From Pseudogymnoascus verrucosus (lineage: Eukaryota), in the NCBI GenBank assembly GCA_001662655.1, contig KV460220.1: a stretch of 64,000 nt of DNA; one strand, 5' to 3'. Positions 60,999 through 64,000 of this stretch are shown here, piece by piece. Below the pieces are notes generated by a model. It was given only the letters and a program-made list of their open reading frames with translations, was not told where the DNA came from and ran no database searches. Made by a program: the position numbers and the translations under genes. Position 1 is the stretch's first letter. Each line of letters begins with the position of its first letter.

Positions 60999-63217
60999 AT
61001 GCTGAAGGAGAAGAGGACCAACTCACTGGCATTTTCCCAGACTGATTGTCACACCTGTACGTCTGCAGGCCGCGCGTGTGATCGTCGGCGACCACAATGC
61101 TCGACTTGCCTTGGTCTCGGCGTGAAATGTGGTGGTTTTGTGACGCCACTGTCGTGGGATAATAATCGCATATGGCTCGGAAAGCCGTCCCAGAAAACGC
61201 GTTACATTTACGACGGCAGCAGGGGGAATGAGAGCCCAATGGCGTCGCCAAAGCCGCCGCCAAAGGCCTTTCGCTTTGTTGACGCAAGTTCCAGAAGGAA
61301 GAGGCGTCGCAGAGTTAGCCCAGTCTCCAGCCCTGAGGAAGAAATCTGCCGTGCCTCAGAATCAGAATCGCCCGAAGAAATCGGCATGGAATCATATCTT
61401 GCTCATCCATCTGGCTCGCTCCTAGATGACTTTGGTATGATACATACATGACTTATAATGGATATTGACCCTATACTAACCAAGATAATTGAATGTAGAT
61501 CCGTTAAACTTCGGTGATTGTGAGCTGCTGGATACTGTGATCCCTAATCCACAAGAATTCATGCCTGACTGGATGGCCGCGACATTCCCTGGGCAGGAAA
61601 GTCAAAATCAAATGATCTTGACTGCCCAACCTTCTTCGAACATTGTTGGCCATGGATCCGAGGATGTCTTTACTCAAAGCCTCATGGACTTACTCGAGAC
61701 GGTTTCTACCCATCCATTTGAGAGCCACCAACTGGAGCCACCTCGTCTTGTAGCTTCTCCAACCCGACAACCCCCGTCCGAGATCTCTACCGAGTTGATT
61801 CCTAACCATATTGGAAACCAACATGAGCGCCTTTTTCAGATGTGTAAGTTGCGAGCTTCCTAGCCATTCTACCCTCGATCTGGTTGAACATTGGAACTGA
61901 TATTTCAGTTTAAAGATGATACGGAGCTATGTGTGCTACCATTGACGTCTGATGTGGCCTTCAACCCGTTCCGCTGTCGACGTCAGGTACTACAGGGGTC
62001 TCGCCTTCTTTTCCACGCGATATTGGCACTATGTTGCCGGCATCAGAACCATTTGACGGGCACTTGGGCCAAAGAAGCCTCTGAGCACCGAACGAAGGCT
62101 GTAGAGCTACTGGACAGCGCGTCTAAGAGTGACCAAGTCACCAAAATTGGACTACACGTCTTGGAACCAATCTTGGTCATGTTTACCTTGGATGTATGAT
62201 ATTCCATTTTATAAGACTTACCATTTTTTACTTGAGCTAACTAGAGTTTCAGTGCACACTCTCCGCCACAGGGCCGTGGAGTGGACATTTAATGCGCGTG
62301 AGATCGGTTTTAGACGCCTGCGGAGGGCCTCTGGCGCTCGATAACTCGCGCGTGCGCTCGCAAGTTGGAATGCTATTCTGGTAAGTCAAGATGTGGATCA
62401 GCCTCCTGAGGTAGCGCAAACTGTTCAACTAACGCAAACCAGGTGGGATGCTACTCTGGCACTGATCTCCCGACAGGGCATAATCATTGATCAGTCGTAC
62501 CTTGACCACCTGATGCTCAGTCAAGGCCAAGACGAATGGTCTTTCTACGACCTAACCGGCTGCCCCGGAGACCTCTTCGTGCACCTAGTTCAGCTATCTG
62601 AGCTGGCGAAGCAAAGAGAGTTGGCCGCATGCATGACCTGGCTCACCTTCGATCTGTCGCCAGTGATCAAGATCGAACGCGAAATCCAACAATGGCAAAG
62701 CAGCCTATTCGCCGATGCATACGGTTCGAATTTCGATACAATCGTGGAAAATGCGTCGGAATCGGACGCCGAAGCCGACATCGAGGAACGGTTCCACGCC
62801 AAGCAGGACCGGTACCACTGCGCAGAGGCGTGGCGGTACTCATTGCTGATCTATATCGAGCGAGTTTTCCGCTGGGACAGGAAGTGCCCTCGGCCTCTGA
62901 TCCTGACGTGGCTGGTTCGGAAGACGATGGATCACGTCCGTTGTTGTCGACGCACGTCTCAAACGCAGAAACAGCTCCTGCTGCCCGTATTCCTTGCAGG
63001 GAGCGAGATGACCGATGAGGAAATGCGCGGGTTTACGCGGCAATACTGCAAGTGGTGGGCCAACAGGAGCCGATATAATATGTTCAATTCGGTGTCATCG
63101 CTGCTGGAGGATATTTGGGAAGAGGGACACTCACATGCGTGGTGGGGGTCTGTGATTGATCGGAAGACAAGGAGTACTGGAGTCGGTGACCCAGGTGTTC
63201 AATTCCTGTTTGGATAA
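60999..63217 (+). CDS. Zn(II)2Cys6 transcription factor with Fungal_trans_2-type C-terminus (TF2, ACR-2-like), about 5 exons
   Basis: DCHTCTSAGRACDRRRPQCSTCLGLGVKCGGF, WSFYDLTGCP, AEAWRYSLLIY, QLLLPVFLAGSE. Introns near 61435, 61844, 62194 and 62381. Confidence 0.87.
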
Positions 63218-63951
63218 CGGTGAGGCTACTGAGTGCCTGGTGGTGCTCCATGTGTATGAATATCCCTGGCGTTGTTTTAGCGAATTGGGCTTCGTAATAC
63301 GATCTCATTTCCTGCATATATATTGTGCCAAGCAAACGATCGTGCTCGCATTCCCCCGCAATTCATCTTGATCGACGTGAACTTTGTTCAATTGCAAAAG
63401 GGCTCTGAAATGCGACCAAAAAATGCGAAAGCACAGTAGAGGATTTAAGAGAAGAGTAGAATAATATCATCGGGTGGGATTGTGCCAGTGACTTGGGAAG
63501 GTACATACAGTGAAGTACTGTAACCAAGTATGCGGGCCGAAACCAGCCCATCGGTCTCATGGGTGCGAACCCTGAACCTTCGGTCCCCAACAATTTCCTG
63601 CGAGACCGATCACATCGGTCCCTGACGTCAAATTGCGATATCTTATTGTGTCACTTGTGAATGTCAACACTTTCCAAGTGCTATATCAAAACTCTGCCAT
63701 AATTCGCTATGGCCCGAGTCCTGTCACCAGGCTCTGTCTCTTTATGCCCCTAAAATAAGTTGTAAATATGTATAATATTGAGGTAGATTATTATTTTATC
63801 CACTCGGATCGGAGGGTCAAATTTCAGCCACTTCTCCGCCAAAACAAAGGAAAATTACAAGGGAACACAAGTATGTGCTGTGTGTTGTGAACATTACACG
63901 CCTCCACCACTCCAACTCCATTATCTCCAATCAACCTCTTACAACCAAGCC

Positions 63952-64000
63952 ATGATAGCGATCATGGAGCCAACAATCGCACCAACGGGCGCGAAGAGCC
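63952..64000 (+). CDS. Possible start of a further gene truncated by the window end
   Basis: In-frame ATGs at 63952 and 63964 after a CT/CA-rich leader and TATAAT at about 63771. Too short to identify. Confidence 0.3.
   Translation, partial: MIAIMEPTIAPTGAKS

Noticed and set aside
36730..63217. Treating the type III PKS, SGNH, GH43 and the catabolic genes as one biosynthetic cluster or as Starship cargo
   Set aside because: The secreted hydrolases and the transposon separate them, I saw no shared motif, and no tyrosine-recombinase captain or element boundary is in the window.
1..64000. tRNA, rRNA, snoRNA or TPP riboswitch
   Set aside because: None recognised by eye. Isolated C/D-box-like words (about 13950, about 32280) lack convincing structure. 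tRNAscan-SE and Infernal would be needed to exclude them.

Overview
Intron-containing filamentous ascomycete DNA. A Leotiomycete, Pseudogymnoascus-like origin is my impression from gene style and is not verified. About 25 protein-coding loci are visible. The left part (1-36 kb) is mostly housekeeping: PDR ABC transporter, NMNAT, GIT1-like permease, a GT17 glycosyltransferase divergent from a nucleotide-sugar transporter, PEX11, a methyltransferase divergent from a P450, RAD4/XPC, a sugar porter and BUD22. The middle holds an ORAS-like type III PKS, two secreted hydrolases (SGNH and GH43) and a complete 2,012-bp Fot1/pogo transposon with 76-bp TIRs, TA duplications and RIP-like nonsense mutations. 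The most interesting part is 45-64 kb, a candidate nitrogen-scavenging catabolic cluster. It contains an intron-bearing N,N-dimethylformamidase large-subunit homolog, a Dal5-type MFS permease, a DHDPS-family aldolase, a Zn2Cys6 TF, an aldo-keto reductase, an (R)-selective amine transaminase, a D-amino-acid oxidase and a second Zn2Cys6 TF. Shared promoter motifs (CCGATCGC in the first module, CGGTCYC in the second) and dense GATA sites support co-regulation. All calls come from reading the sequence by eye and from recalled family motifs. No database searches were run, and exon boundaries were inferred manually.
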